In this document: piece after piece, positions 24,901-39,900 of the stretch
Layout: each line of letters starts with the position of its first letter
Numbering within the stretch: the stretch's first letter is position 1
DNA from: Tubiluchus corallicola
Lineage: Eukaryota > Animalia > Priapulida
DNA: 64,000 nucleotides
Direction of reading: 5' to 3'
NCBI GenBank assembly: GCA_030141605.1
Contig: JAQGDQ010000066.1
Span: forward strand, 62,001 to 126,000
Notes under the pieces: generated by a model
Told to the model about the DNA's origin: nothing
What the model saw: only the letters and a program-made list of their open reading frames with translations
Database searches by the model: none
Program-made: the position numbers and the translations under genes

Positions 24901-27900
24901 TCCTTGAAGAGATAATTCTCAACGTGGTAGAATGGAAAAACACCAACAAGAGGGTATACCTGCCACGTTATATGAAGATCGCCAATTTTTCCACCTCCAC
25001 CACTGACATTGAAAGGAGCCACATCAGGCTTTGCTTTCTTCGTAAAGAAAGATGCTGACGGTACAGAAGGAGGACTTTCCCCTAGGAGATTTGTTGCTTT
25101 TACACGCACTTGGTATGTGTTCCATGGTGAGAGATTTTCAATGGTGGTTGTTACAATATCAGTGTCAGTTCGCCGTGCTGAAAAAACATAGAAAATTAAA
25201 AAATAAAAAAGATCTTGATATGGATCATGTGGTAAATGTTGCTTGTAATGAAGCCGACCAACTTATCTTGAACTTTTCTTTATTCAATCCAAGGTACGTC
25301 AGAACCTGTCTACCATTATTATTGTCAGAGAATATAATAACAAAGTGCAGATACAGAAATCAATATAATTGTTCATCGCATCTATTACAGTGATGCAGTC
25401 CTGTTACCGGAAATCAAAGCACCTTGATACGTGTGATGAAACCATTAAATAAAAATGTAAATTCCAGTCTACAGGTTGTTTAAGGCCTAACCTGTTTATC
25501 TGTTTAGATATTCTCCACGCTAGCAGTTAGCGCAAAAAATCTACATGAACTAAAATGAATGCATTCTAATGTGTCTGTGCTTCAGTAGACAAAATTTCAA
25601 AGGCACACAACTAAACGTTCTGCTGTTTACTTTTGTTTGAGCTACTTGCCTTAGCTATCTAGAAATAAACTGCCAACAAGCATATGAATTTATTTACATG
25701 TAAGAGTCATGGGACATAAATGCATTTTAAATTAAGGGAAAAACCAAATAACACAAATTCTGCCAATGGCCTCAAAAATCCAGACAGATTTATTTGCATA
25801 AGGATCGCAAAACACTAAAACAGGTACGGTTTTACATAAATCAAAATTCTACAAAGCAGTCTGCAAAAACACAGCAAGAATTAGAAAAAAACATATTTGA
25901 CAAAATCATATACATATTGGCAGGAGTCGTGTACAACTTGCAAGTACATAATAAAAACGCACCATATTCACATATGCATATAGAGAACATCTAACAAAGC
26001 ATACCCACCACTAATTGCACAGCTAGTATATTACTAACAACACAAAAGAATGACACTAACCTTCATCACGTACAGACATGATTTTGACCGGGTACCAATC
26101 TCTGGTGTAATTATCATGTGCCTCTATGATATATGAAAGAATCTTGTGACCATGGTTGCCACCAATGCTCCACTGTATAGTGCAAGTTCGCTGTTCCACT
26201 GACCTTGCTATGACTCCACTAGGGGCAGCGGGAGGACCTGCAATAAACCAGCCATTGTTTCACATTAAAAACACAAATGCAAGATCCAAAAAACTGGATA
26301 TCAACCACCATGTATGCATAGTAATTCAATATAACAAAATACTCGACTTGATTAAGTTAACTACCGTTTTCTGATGCAGTTTTAAAATGGCAAAAGTAGT
26401 TGAGAGCGCTTGTTTACGTAGACACCTTCTGCGACCTTTAAACTTTTTATACAGATTTAAATGATGGCTTCATAAAAACAACAGTAAACAGTCCCTTTTT
26501 ATGAAAATATTGGAAAATATTACTTAGATCCAAACATATCATGCATGTAATTACCTTGTCACAAAATCTATGCTAAATTGTGCAGTCAAGTTCTTTTTTC
26601 TATTTATGTAAGTGCATCAATGGGACTATACTACCAAATAACCAAAAATGATCAAAATGCCAGTAAGTAAAACACAATGAAATGTGACTGAACAATGAAC
26701 ACTTACTGGATTTATAAAGCTCCGTGCATATAATTTGTTTTTTTGTACACTTTAGTGCACTCCAAGCCAAAATACCACATTAAATGGCAGGGCGACTTTT
26801 ATAGCATGACTGAAGCCTGGCTCATTATGAAGGATAACTCTCTACATTGAGCCACTGAACTGACAGGGGTATACATGTATATATATGAAGTAAACACTCA
26901 GAATCTGTATTGGGAGTAAAACTACCCTAAGCAAGTATACCTCGCAGTCAGGCAGTCATAAGCCATTCGAGGTAACCAATAGCCATATACTATTTAAAAA
27001 AATAGTATATAAGGTAAGAAGGTGCTTAATTTGTTTAAGTAGTTAACTGTGGATGGTTATGCAACTTACCCTCAACAACTAATCTGGCACTTTCAGAAAT
27101 TTCATCTACAGTAGTTTTCACGAGACAAGTGTATTCTCCAGCTTGACTAAATGTGGTATTTCTAATTAGTAGGTAACCCGGGCGATTATAGATTCTCTGC
27201 AAATAAGACAATTATGAATTAACAGACCTGTAGAGAAGGAAGCATGCAGTAAAAGCACAACTAGATATTTGTACACAAGGTTAAGGGAATTGAACTACTT
27301 GCACATTAAAAGAAGGCCAGTTAGGGTACAGAGATAAACTTCCTTTTACTAATAAGTCCCAGTTATTTGCAGCTTTGGTCACAATACTGAAATTATTAAA
27401 ATCAGCTTTGTGGCAGGGGTACATATGGTCATGAATGCTAGATTAAGGAGGACTTTTCAATTTCCTGCCAGTTCTAGACGAAACGTGCAAAGTAGTTCAA
27501 TTCCCTAACTTTCTTTACAAACACCTAACTATACTTTTAACAATGAATTACTGTTTGTAAAAAAAAGGATTGCAGTCACCTAAAATACTTTTCACAAAAA
27601 CTGTGTGTACAACCTCAAGAATTGTTTCTCCTCTTATGTTTGTTAACTTTATTACAAAAGTGACAGTAGAAAAATAGTTTGAATCACTTCAAAATTCCAA
27701 GTTTGAATTACTTCAAAATTTGACAAACATACTATTCGAGAATGCCATTTCAAAATTTATAGCACTAACAAAAAAGTGTAATAAATGTCCAGAAATTTAG
27801 AAATTAACAGATGCCACAAATAAACTAAAATTTTACAATTCTGATTTAACATAAATGTAAATATAAATGTCACATGAAGCCTGATGATAAAGATGGCTAA

Positions 27901-30900
27901 TAACTTACAATATGATGTACACAGAAGCAGCAGTAACATACAGTGCCTTACAATGTAAATATTTGCATGAAGCTTGCCTGCAGCTATAGCAAAGGCAGCA
28001 ATCTTCAAGTAAAAATTATGTAGAGAAATTACAAAGTAATGCAAAATACATGAAAACGATTTTAATGAAAACGTTCTAAATTTTGTTCTTATGTAGTTAT
28101 TTTTTAGCATTGATTTGCTGTTTTTTTATAATAAAAACTACTAATTTTTAATTGTAAATACTTTTTCTGAAATTTAAATCAAACCCCAAGATAACACAAA
28201 ACTCTAGCAAAATTTCCTAGATCTTCCAGCAATGAGAAAGTAGTGAAAAATAAGGGCAACTAAAGAAAATCACACGTACACTAACTTTAAACAAGTAAAA
28301 ACTGCACACTGAACAAAGCTCAGTACTATAAAAGTATGCGATACTTTCAAAAGTGAGACTGGTAAAAGTTAGCCATGATATTAAAAAAGTCAATGGTTGA
28401 ATTCTACCGTAAAATAACAGTAGAGCAGTAATCGCAATGATTTGAAGCGGCTGTTGACTCACGATAGCTAACAGTACGAAACTTACTCAAAACATTGAAA
28501 AATGGGACTGTATCCAATAAAACACCTTCTTTATGTTACATTACATGCTAATATGACAATGCATGTCTGAAACAGCATTGTGAGCAATATGGCAGGAGCA
28601 CAGAACTCAAGAAAAAATACACCGGCAACAACATATCATTTGCCACTTTCACAAGAGATAAGTATCTAAAAGGAAAGAAATCTTCCACAATTCTTTACAA
28701 GAAAAAGGATTTATATTTAAGCAGGAGAAAATAATCGAGTGTTGCAGTACACAGATGCAAGATGTGACAGATTCCGCAAAGAAAATTTGTAGTAGCATGA
28801 ATTTCAAAGATGCTTAGGCACACGTAGCTGCTCCACAGTTAAGTCTTGCTCTGAAAACTTGGCAGGTAAGCTATTAACAAAAATTTATACCCAACCAACA
28901 CCATCGGGGTTGAACTTATGTTTCTTAAACGGCATACTGATTTCCTGTTCAAAAAAGAACACACCTGCTGAAGTCTACAGGCAGCTAAACCTTACAAATA
29001 CAAAAATTTCATCTTGTTGTTTGCAATCTGCATTACAAGCTATTAAAAAATAATTACTTCTTAAATCTGAAAATATAACAAAAAATAAAGAACGAAAATG
29101 GAAAGTCTACATCAAATTTCACAAACTAACCTTTTATAGTAAGTTTTTCCATCAAACTAATGAACCTTTACTACTCAGACTGATACAATATTCTAACAAA
29201 CAGGCACAAAATGAAAAATACCGTTTCATAATGAAGGCTGTGTTCTAGGTCAAGATTAGCGCCATTATGTAGCCAAACATAAGCAAGATCGAGCAATCTG
29301 TCTACAGATGCTTCACACTCAAAGACGTGATTTGTTCCCACTCTCACCCTAGCATGATCAGGAGCCCGGCTAATGGTTGCACTAGCTATAATGTAAATAA
29401 TACAATAAATACATTAATTAATATAATAAGTAAGAATGATTATAAATGACAGCTAAAACAATTTATAATCATATTACCAGCCCTGAAAACATTCAAAGGA
29501 CAGTAACAGCTGGATATGAGCTTTAAGGTCTATCATATTACAGAAATTTACTGAATGAGAAATACATTTTGCTTACACAGATTTAGTTTCTTTACAAGTT
29601 TAAGTTCAATGCTCCTAAAGTTACTAGCAACACAAATAAATGGCATCAGGGAGAGTCTTAAAAATCTGGAAAGGTGTTGGTGATCCCTTATAAGCGAGTA
29701 CCTTATACCCAAGGTTGACTGTATAATACAAAAAATTAAGCTAAAAATTTGTTAATAAATGTCAAGAGCAAATGAATTAAACATGATATCTAAAAAAATC
29801 ATTAAACTGTTATACTTACGTAATACATTGACATTGGTCATGCTGCTTGCACTTCCTAATGAGTTAGTTGCAATGCATTCGTATGTCCCTGCGTCTCCCA
29901 AACGAACATCATTCGTAATCATGGTACCATCGGCAAGTATTCGCCGACGACCATCCGTGCCGATGTTACGACCATTCAGTTTCCACTGATACTCCGGATT
30001 CGGTGCAGCTTCAGGGTTGCATTTTATCGTGAAGTTCCCTTTCACAGCAGCAAACATACTTTCTGGCAAAGGCTTTTTATCAAAGGTTGGCGGAAAGGCT
30101 AAATAAATGTAATTAAAGAAAATTTAATGTAGTAAATGAATGCAAAATGCAAAGTTTCTTATAATCAACGTACTAGACAAAGTACTGCTGAAGTATGTAG
30201 ACTGCACAATAATTGTGATCTTTCTAATTGTGAAACATGAATGCACAAGCGACAACTGGAGCTGAATGTGCCATATTAACAAACGCAATATCTATAACTA
30301 CAAAATAACAATAAAAACTTTCAGTTTTATTTCTTTAAACTGCGAAGATAAGTTTAGAGAAAGAAAATCAGCAATTTATCAATAAGGAAAGTTGAGTAAA
30401 AATTGGGAAAGTTGAGTGAAAATTGACGTATGTGTTAAATTAAAATAATATGACTAAGCAATGACTCTAATCTTTAAAGCTAGTTGTCAACTTACCCAGA
30501 ACACGTAATTGTGCAGTTGAATACACAGTATGATGAATGTTTGTCGCCTGACATTGATACATTCCGCTATCACCAGGTTGGGCTTGATTTATAGTAAGTG
30601 TTCGCAACGACTGTGTGGGCTGCTCAAAAATAAACCTGGCAACATCTTCCGCTGGTAGTGATGTAGGACTGAGCAGAACACCATCCCGAAACCAATTATA
30701 AAGAACATCAGGCTTGCCATATGCTTCGCAAGTAAGCACAACAGTCTCGCCTACGTCTACGTGTAGGTCCTCTAGAGGGGCAGTGAAAACAGGAGCAGCT
30801 ATAAAAGAACAAATATTAAGTTTGCATGATTCCAAAATATATAAAAATATCTAATATGAATAAATTTTTTGTACACCTGCGACTTTTCGAATCACTATAA

Positions 30901-33900
30901 GCTCCTTTCCTTCCCTTCTGATAAAAATATCATACGAGAGGGGACCTTAATTCATTATCATCAAACATTTCAATAATGTTTTGAAAACATGGAAAAACAT
31001 GATTATTTAAGCTTGTGCCAATTCTTATTTCAAAGTGCCTAAGCATTACATAGGGGTAATGTTTCAGCTGCATTTACTATTAATCAAGTACGTATGGTAA
31101 TTGTTATGGTTAATAAACTAAAAAAATAATTAATTTTGTAGTTGCAAAGAAAATAACCAAAGAGTAGTCACTAAAAATCAATTACTGTTAATTAACCAAT
31201 ATTATTGCATTTAACAATTTAACAGTATATTTTATTTTATATGTTTATGAAAAACATATAATAACAAAAAAACATTGTAATATTTTAGTATATAGTAAAT
31301 ACATATTTCAGTGTTTCAGCATATAATACCTACATGAGATAGCGAGGTAGACACGCTCTTCCTTTTTGCCAATAGAATTAGCAGCCTCACAAATGTACAC
31401 GCCTTCATCATTGGGTTGAACATTAGGAATAACCAGCACGCGCTCGTAGTTTTCTTTGAAATGCTTTTTTGGCAAGGGCCCGCCAAGTCGGGTCCAATTG
31501 TAACGAGGATAGGGGCTGGAAAAACAAATCATGATCACGTAAAGTAATTTATTGGCCTTATAGGAGCCATATTACACAAAATTTCAACTTTTAAGGTTTA
31601 TCAGTAACTGGTACTTTGACAGACAGAAACACACCTAAGCAAATTGGCAAAATGCAGATCTTTTAGATATTTGTTAGGCAAACAGCCAACAAAATACCAT
31701 AAACTTTTAAAAAACTCTTTTGTTTAATGTGAATTTTGTCGGTATATTCATATCTTGCAACTTCTGTAGAAAAAATGAAAATAATTTTGTTGTACATTCT
31801 CAATTTACACATTATAAAAAAATGGCTGTTAAAATTTGACAGGCCACAATGCTGTAACAATAAGAGTTTATAAGAAGAGCTTTAATATCTTTTATCATTA
31901 TCCATACATAATAGATTTTTACTACACACAGCTAAATATAAATACAATATACAAGATCCTATATCAAAAAGCTTCATTAAATACATAAATAAAGATAAAT
32001 CTAACTGACATATACATGGGTAAGGATTTACGAATGCCAAATCTATTAATTAATGTTTTGTGATACGAAATCCGAAAGTAAGACAGTTGTGATTTTTAAT
32101 GGATCACAAAATTGATAAATAATAAAAATGACAAAGTGTTCCCACGTGTTAATCTACAGAGATGCCCTGAAAACATGAAACAAAATACTCACTCTGCTTG
32201 AGCTACACATTCTATATAGACGTCTTCACCAGCTAAAGGAGCAGCAGGAAATATTGTTGGAAAACCAACCTCTATTTGTGGAACTCTTTCAGTTGCAGCA
32301 TCTGTTATTCAAAAGAAGAAACGTTATATTGCTGTAAGATATTGAAGTCAGTTATTTTTGCTTTGCGATTTGTTTATGCAAAAACTGATGAAATAACATC
32401 ATCAATGTTAGATAATGCTAAGAATAGATGCAATAGAATCATGTAAAGTGCATTTTTATTAGGTCTCTAATGATACATCCATGCATTGATGCATTGTGAT
32501 ACCTTTTGTAACGATATGGGAATGGTTAAGATGCACATGGTTGATATTTTAAATCAAAAAGTATTGAAATGTTTGCATTTCCGGAGACTTACAATGCAAA
32601 TAATACAAGAGTATAAACAGAAGTCAAACAGTTTGCTGAATTATTTTTTCACTTTACAATTTTAAAATTGTTTGATAAATTTAATATATATATATATATA
32701 TCTCAACAGTTTAATCTAGTTATTTTTATTAAAGCCTGCATATGTTACATATCACATACATGTCTGCTACCTGCCAAACACAGCTAATGGGGACAATATT
32801 AGCTTCTAAACTTTGCATTTAAAATGAAGTTTGCCCTTTATATTAACTTAACTAAATAACAATTTTACATTGTCCAGAAAACTCACAGAGCTGAATGTGA
32901 AGAACCAGCACAGTTTGATAATTACATTTAAGTAACTGTTCATAAAAGAATCAAATGCCAATGATTTTATAAGTGCTTTAGCCATTTTTTTTAAAATTTA
33001 TTATCGAATGTGCCTTTGCAAAAACAAATGAAAGTAACTTTGCTAAAGAAGTAAACTATAGGCAAATGTTAAAATTCAAATGCAAATACTTTATCATTTA
33101 CTAATTAACAATGTAAAGATTTTTGACCTAATATAACTCAGTCATTATTTGACCACATTATTGTCAAGATACAGCAGCACACTTTCACAAAATCTGATGT
33201 AAAATATCATTTAATAAATTTATAATCTTAAAGTACTCACTGTTAGTCCTGACTTCCAGTTTGATTTCACGACTCGTCTTTCCTACACTATTAACACCAC
33301 TTGCAGCCACAGTGCTCTGAACCAAGCATATGTAGTTAGCTTCATCTGCCTCAACGACCTTGCTGAAGTACAGGTTGCCCTTTCGCGATGCAAAAATGCG
33401 AGGTGTTGGTGGTACATACTCGGGCAGCGCATTCTTAAACCAGTAGTAATTAACAGCTAAAAAACATTCGGGTACTCAGATATATTATACCACACAGAAT
33501 GACACATATTTTTTCTTTCAGTCACTTTTGAGGTGGTGTAAGTATTTAAAAGTACTAAAAGAATATGAAAGCAGAAAAGCACAAAGGAAAAACAGAAAAG
33601 ACAAGTGTCAGTGAACCAGTTAAACAGAGGTTTTGGAATAGAATAGATGAAAAATAATCAATTGATATACAAATACAAAGCTCACCCACAGATGGTTCAC
33701 GAAAAGTAGTTTTATCAGTAATAATTATAGCAGTTTTATTACAATGAAATCCCGTTCCTACAAAGTTAAACAAATATTATGACCTGTGATCCTAACCTTT
33801 AATCTTATAAGATTGAGAAGGCTCTTCCTCTACTGATGGATGACATACATGTGAAAGATGAAAGCTCTGAGTCAATTATCTGAGATTAAACTGCGCTGAC

Positions 33901-36900
33901 AAGCTTTTCTCAAGTATTGGATCACGTGACACTGACCATTGACCTTGGGACCCCAAAATCAACAAGAGGTTCTTCCTCTATTGAAGGAAGACATATATGT
34001 GAAAGGTATAAGCTTTCGGTCAAATTTGTTCACAAGGCCAATAATACAATTACAGACAGACGGGTGGACAGATGCACGAACGCACGCTTTACTTACAGCC
34101 TCTTCACTTTACTTACAGAGAGGGGATAATAACTACAATACCTGGAAAATAATCTGGAGCTCGGCACTCGATGACGGCTCCCATGTGCAGGTAACCCAAA
34201 ACTGGCTGCCTCTCATCTGCCGTGAAGTCATTCAAAACTAAAAAACAAGAACATTCATCAAAAATGAAAATAAATCTTTAAACAGGTGAAGAGTATGATA
34301 TGTCTAGATCTTCTAATTTCTCAAAATTTAAAGATCACTTCACATGTAATATCAAAAAAGGAGCAAAACTTTGCTTTGAAACTTTTATGAGGTAAATGAA
34401 AGCAGCAGGATCAGAAAATAATTTTCGTGATATTCTTCATTAAGACAGCAAAACAGCAATTTTGAAAACATTCACTGAAAGTTCTTTCAGTTCATTTCTG
34501 TATAGATCATTAAGAAAGCAAAAAGTTTGCTATAAAGATGAAATTTTGAAGTACATGCGTCTGTACATGCACAGCAAAGGAAAATTGCATAAGATACAGG
34601 ACCTGCTACAGAATTACAAAATATCTTACATCCAAAATTCAGTTCAACAGTTGCACTAATGATGGAACCGTAGAGATTGGTTGCTATGCAATAGTAACGC
34701 CCACGATCAGTATCCCGGTCGGGATGGTGAATAGTCAGTTTACCTGCACAAAAAATTAAATTGTAATTAAAAGAGACAAGATTATTTTACAAATTTGTTA
34801 TAAAAATTGATTTAGCTAGTCTGCTTGCCACGACAGCAACATGTCTGTCCTTGTCTAAATTTTAACAACAGAGTGAGCTTTAAAAAGCTTAAAAACAGCA
34901 ATAACCGAGCACAGACATTTATAAAGCCAATGCATAGGCCTAGTAAAAGTCAACTTCATTGATTTCAAATGGCAACACAATTACTATGTCTTTGTCACTT
35001 GACTTTCTATTTCGAAAAAGGATGAAAATTAACTTTCTATCTACAAGTTTGAGTTTTTCAAATTAAAGCTAACTTTAAATCATCATCATTATAATCATCA
35101 TCATCATCATCATTGACACTGTTGTCTTGAATCATCATCATCAATCATCATTATCATCATCATCATCATTGTCATCACATTCATCAACATCAACATCACT
35201 ACAACAAAAAGCTGGCATACCATTAGTTAATGTAAAACGAGTGTCTTGCAATATTTTAATTTCAATGTTGTCCTTGAACCACCGATACTCGGGATACGGA
35301 AAACCACCGGCAATGCAAGTTAAAGTGACAAACTTCTCAACTGACTCCAAATCATACGTTGTTTCTTTTGGCTGTTCTATAAAGTATGGCCCTCGAGGAA
35401 TTTTTTCAGGATCCTTCTCTGGCGATCCGTAATCTAGAAAATGGTGTGAGTACTATATAATTTATGTTTCGACTAAAACTTGTGCAGCTAAAACAAAAAT
35501 ATTCTCTGTGAAATTCGTATGCAAACCTGCAAACCAGCAGGTACGAGAACTAAATAGTACTGACAATAATTAACAAATTGCACCAAAGTCATTAAACAAA
35601 AGGTTTTCAATTCTAAGTGACTTTCTTACCCCAGCTTCTAATGATGAAATCAGCCTCGTCTAAGTCATTCTTGCTAATTTCGCAAATGTAAGGTCTGACA
35701 TATGCACCATCACTTGGATCCCAGCCCCATTCACCATTACGTAACTTGTAAATCAAATTTTCGCCAATAGGTCTACAAAAACATAAACATGAAATTCAAG
35801 CTTTCATGCAGTCTCAAAATACATAAAAAAACAGAGAGTAGTTAAACAAACAGTCCAAGTAATCAGGTGCACATACATAGGCTCATAAACTAGTCAAAAG
35901 AATTATTAGAATAAACTATTAGAAAAATAGTGGTTTACAAATGAGATCAAATACAGAATTAATTAAATACAGTTTAAATAATACAGAAAATTGTTAGCAT
36001 TTATTGTTTAGACATTTGAACAAAAAACCTTATTTGAAAAACGTAAAACATATAAAAGATTCGAAAGCTTTAGTAGTCTAACACATTATGTGTAAACATA
36101 CCAATCAGCTTGTACATGAAATTAATATCAAAATTTCAGATTTGACTGCTAATAATGTATTGCTCGAGTAACAAATTATAGGTTGTTTTATCAGTCCCCG
36201 ACTAATTTTTTTTGCACCTAACTCTTACTTAGTAAATAAGTATTTTTCGAGTCTACAATTTAAAATTCGCAACATTTTCTTCTGCTAATATCCTGGCGAC
36301 AGAGCAGCGGTGTAAAATTGTTGCATGGAATTGTAATTTCCATTTTAACTTTTAAAACTTGTAATAACTTTTGAAACGTCCAACGTAATAAAGATTACAA
36401 GTAGTTAAATCAATAAAAAAGATAATTTCACCAGTTGCCCAATTCAATAAAAAACTTATACTACACTATACTACACTTATACTTCAATACATAATATATT
36501 ACTCTCTTATACCAACATACCTGTACTGTATTTCATGTTCCTCATAACGAAGCCAACCATCTTTGAAAGAAAATGGCACTTGTTGGAGACCAACTTGTTC
36601 TCCTGTTCCAAGACCTTTTCCTATGATATTTACGCCCCATCGCCATTCCAAATCAAGACCCAAAGATTTTCCTCCTGTATACCTAGCATAATGGAAAACT
36701 AATAGTAAGTCTCCCATATTTTAGAACACACTTCTAAAATTAGTTAGCTACTTAATTTATCAATACACCCAAATGTACTAAAGAAATTTACAAACATCTG
36801 TTTATAAAGCATAAAATTAATTTATACTGCCGCTGTACGGAAATTTTCAGGAGTTGTGGTAGCTATTTATTCAATTGAAAATTATGACTTAACTGGTGGA

Positions 36901-39900
36901 CTTCATGACCTTTTAAAACGCAGCACCGCTAAAACTAATTCAAACTTCTTCAGCTTACCTAATATTCACTTGACATTTTTTTGTTCACATTTATTTTATT
37001 GTAAAAATTTATTATACTTTAGACAGAATTTGACAATGCCATATTTTTCTTCAGTCAATGAATGGCATCATTGATGGAAGAATTGGTGTTCAAAATGGAA
37101 GCGTCCAAATGTAAAACGATCGTGACTTTAAAATGATTTTACGAATATCGCATTTTTACCTCCTAAAATTTTTCGCAAACACTAAAATAAGCTTAACTTC
37201 TCAGAAGGCTTGCCATTCTTTTAAAGAAAAACATGATGAGCAGTATTTTCAGGCATTAGGTGTCACAAAATCAGGCATTAGGTATCAGTTAGTCTAAATT
37301 AGAGCCTTTTTTATTGAAAAAGGGAAGTGAGTTTGAACACAAAGTAATTCGACATTTAAACTTTAGTTATACACAACTGTGATTATGTAGTTGTACATGC
37401 ACTGTTCTCCACAAGACTGGCAATGACAAAAACCTTCGTGACATGCATCTAATAATTCAATGTTATACGCTTACCGCATATCACATAAAAACTGTATAAT
37501 TTTACTTGCAAATACAGCATACATTTAAAAAAATCTATTTAACAAGCTTGACAAGTATTCAAATAATGCCAGTCCTAATTATGCCATTTCACGAAATTAA
37601 ATATATTAATTATGCTAGTTTTATAAGCATTGTGACTATTTATGATGCCAGAGGGCTATAAATGAAAGACCGAGCGACACAAATGCTCTTGATGCTTAAA
37701 AACCCAGGAATGTTAACATTATTATTATTGTTATTATTACCATTTAATTTAAAATGGATAAATTTATTTATGACACATTCTTTGTTTGTAATAAGTAGTG
37801 GTTTTAGAATGCCTAATTTTTCTTTGCAACTTTCTTTTCAGTAAAGTTCTTCTGTTGATAATGACGATAGGTCATTTGTAAGTAAGTATCTTTGCAAAAA
37901 ACAATATGACACAATGTAACAAAATTATTATTATTATTATTAGTACATTCGAGATATGGTGTGAAATTGATTAGCGAAATACTGGCAAAGAACTAAAAGT
38001 TATCAAGGTCAAAACCACCCTGACCTATTGTTAACAATGACCGGTCGTTAATGGCTTTAGCACCAACTCATTAATGGCTGACAACAGGTGGTTAATAGTC
38101 AATAAAATTTTGTCATTCTCATTTATGATTTCCACTGTTTAAATAAGGTCTGCATTCTGACAGTTACTGTGCAGAAAATGCTCTTTTTATCAGTTAAAAT
38201 TACGATTAACACAGTAATTATGTAATACCATTGTTTATTTTGGGGATCGTGATTAAGTAACCAGTTAACGATAAACTCGTGTTCCAACTTGGTCTCTACA
38301 GCCAATAAGTAGCCTCCATAGCTTATACATGTGTCCTGTGCCTGTGTAAAATCCAGTGGCGGAGCCTGTGAGAAGCGATAGCAGGTGAAACCTTGTTTCC
38401 ATTCTACCCATCCTGGTGGACAATCTGCAAGAACAAAACACATGCATGTGAGAAAGAGTCAAATTACAAAATACTATAGAATTTGACTTCCGAATAGACA
38501 AAATGCATGTGTGGCACTACTGTTATATGGTGAAATATATTGCTCTAAACTTAATTGTTTAGACCCATTATATTGCATTAGAGGCTGATCTATAGTTGGC
38601 AGCATTACACACCACATTGTTTGTCAAAATACAAGAAAGATAGGGATAATTCATACTTATAAGTGGGGCAGCACTAACCAAGTGTTTGTGAAAACACAAG
38701 AAAGATAGGGATAATTCAAGTGGGGCAGCACTAACCAAGCTTTGGTGCAGCTTTTAAGCTATGTTTTGCATAGTAAATTGATTATTTGAGGTATACCTTA
38801 ATAAGTTACTTCACTAAGTGCACTCCAGCAAATGAAAATGTTAACAAGGTTGAATGGCTGATATATAATTTGTGTAAATTACCTGTATGAAACCAGTCAT
38901 TATGACGTGTAAATTTGTGATGCCAGATAATGACAGTTGAGGGATATTGCAATAAGAAACCTACCTATAGTCTAAGCAGAAACCCATGAGTACTGGGAGT
39001 TCCTATTTCTGCGTAAAATTCTTATTTATGCTGATTTGAAATTTCAAAAGCATTTTTACAACTAATTAGTCAAATGTTGGGTTTCTCACTTGCGATGTAA
39101 CACTTACAAACAGATCTTTTTCAGCATGAAACTGTTTCGTTTTTGTTCTTATTCTCTCTGTTCATGTAAATTAATACAAAACTCTGCCATTTATTGAATA
39201 TGCAGAGACAAAAAATGCATATTCTAAATTTTCATGACAGTTTGGATTCATGACAACTGTAAACACGTATCAGTTAACAGTTAGCTTATTAGCATCATTT
39301 TGTAAGAAGTAAGCAAAAAGTATGTAGAATGCTGGAGCATTATTATCATCATTTCAGAAGCAGAAAGCTAAGATTATGTACAATGTTAATGCATTATTGA
39401 CCATCAGTGACAGTGTTTGTCATTTCACGCAGTCTTAACATTGTGCAAAATGTTTTTGCTGTTGTTGTTGTTTATGATGTGGTTGGAGTTGTGCTGTGTT
39501 GGTGATTTGGTGTCTTTTGTTTAATACTGAGAGTCACATCACAAATAGAGCAGTATTGCAAATAAATTGTTAAATGACTTAAAGAAAATAGTAGAAAGCA
39601 TCATAAAAAACATAGAATGTTGCCCTCGTATTCCGAATAACCATACATATATGGTAATTTTCAAAGGAAAAAGGAGTGCAGGCCTACATGGCCTTAATTT
39701 GGCCACTACCCTTATTTTTCATGTTGATTTAATGCATACCCATATGTTTAATTGAACTCTACACGTTTTGCAGTTTAGCACATATGCTTTTCATCTATTG
39801 AAAAATCACATTTTTAGGTTGGATTCAATAATGAATCCAACCTACTTTTAATAAATAACGATCACATGTATATCGAATATTATTCTATTTAAAAATTTGC

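Noticed and set aside
32887-32935. Cryptic exon in a contactin A intron (AG...GTGAGT), and a similar one at about 38883-38960
   Set aside because: The first has an in-frame stop; the second has a poor acceptor context. Neither has a counterpart in paralog B, so there is no evidence for Dscam-like alternative exons.
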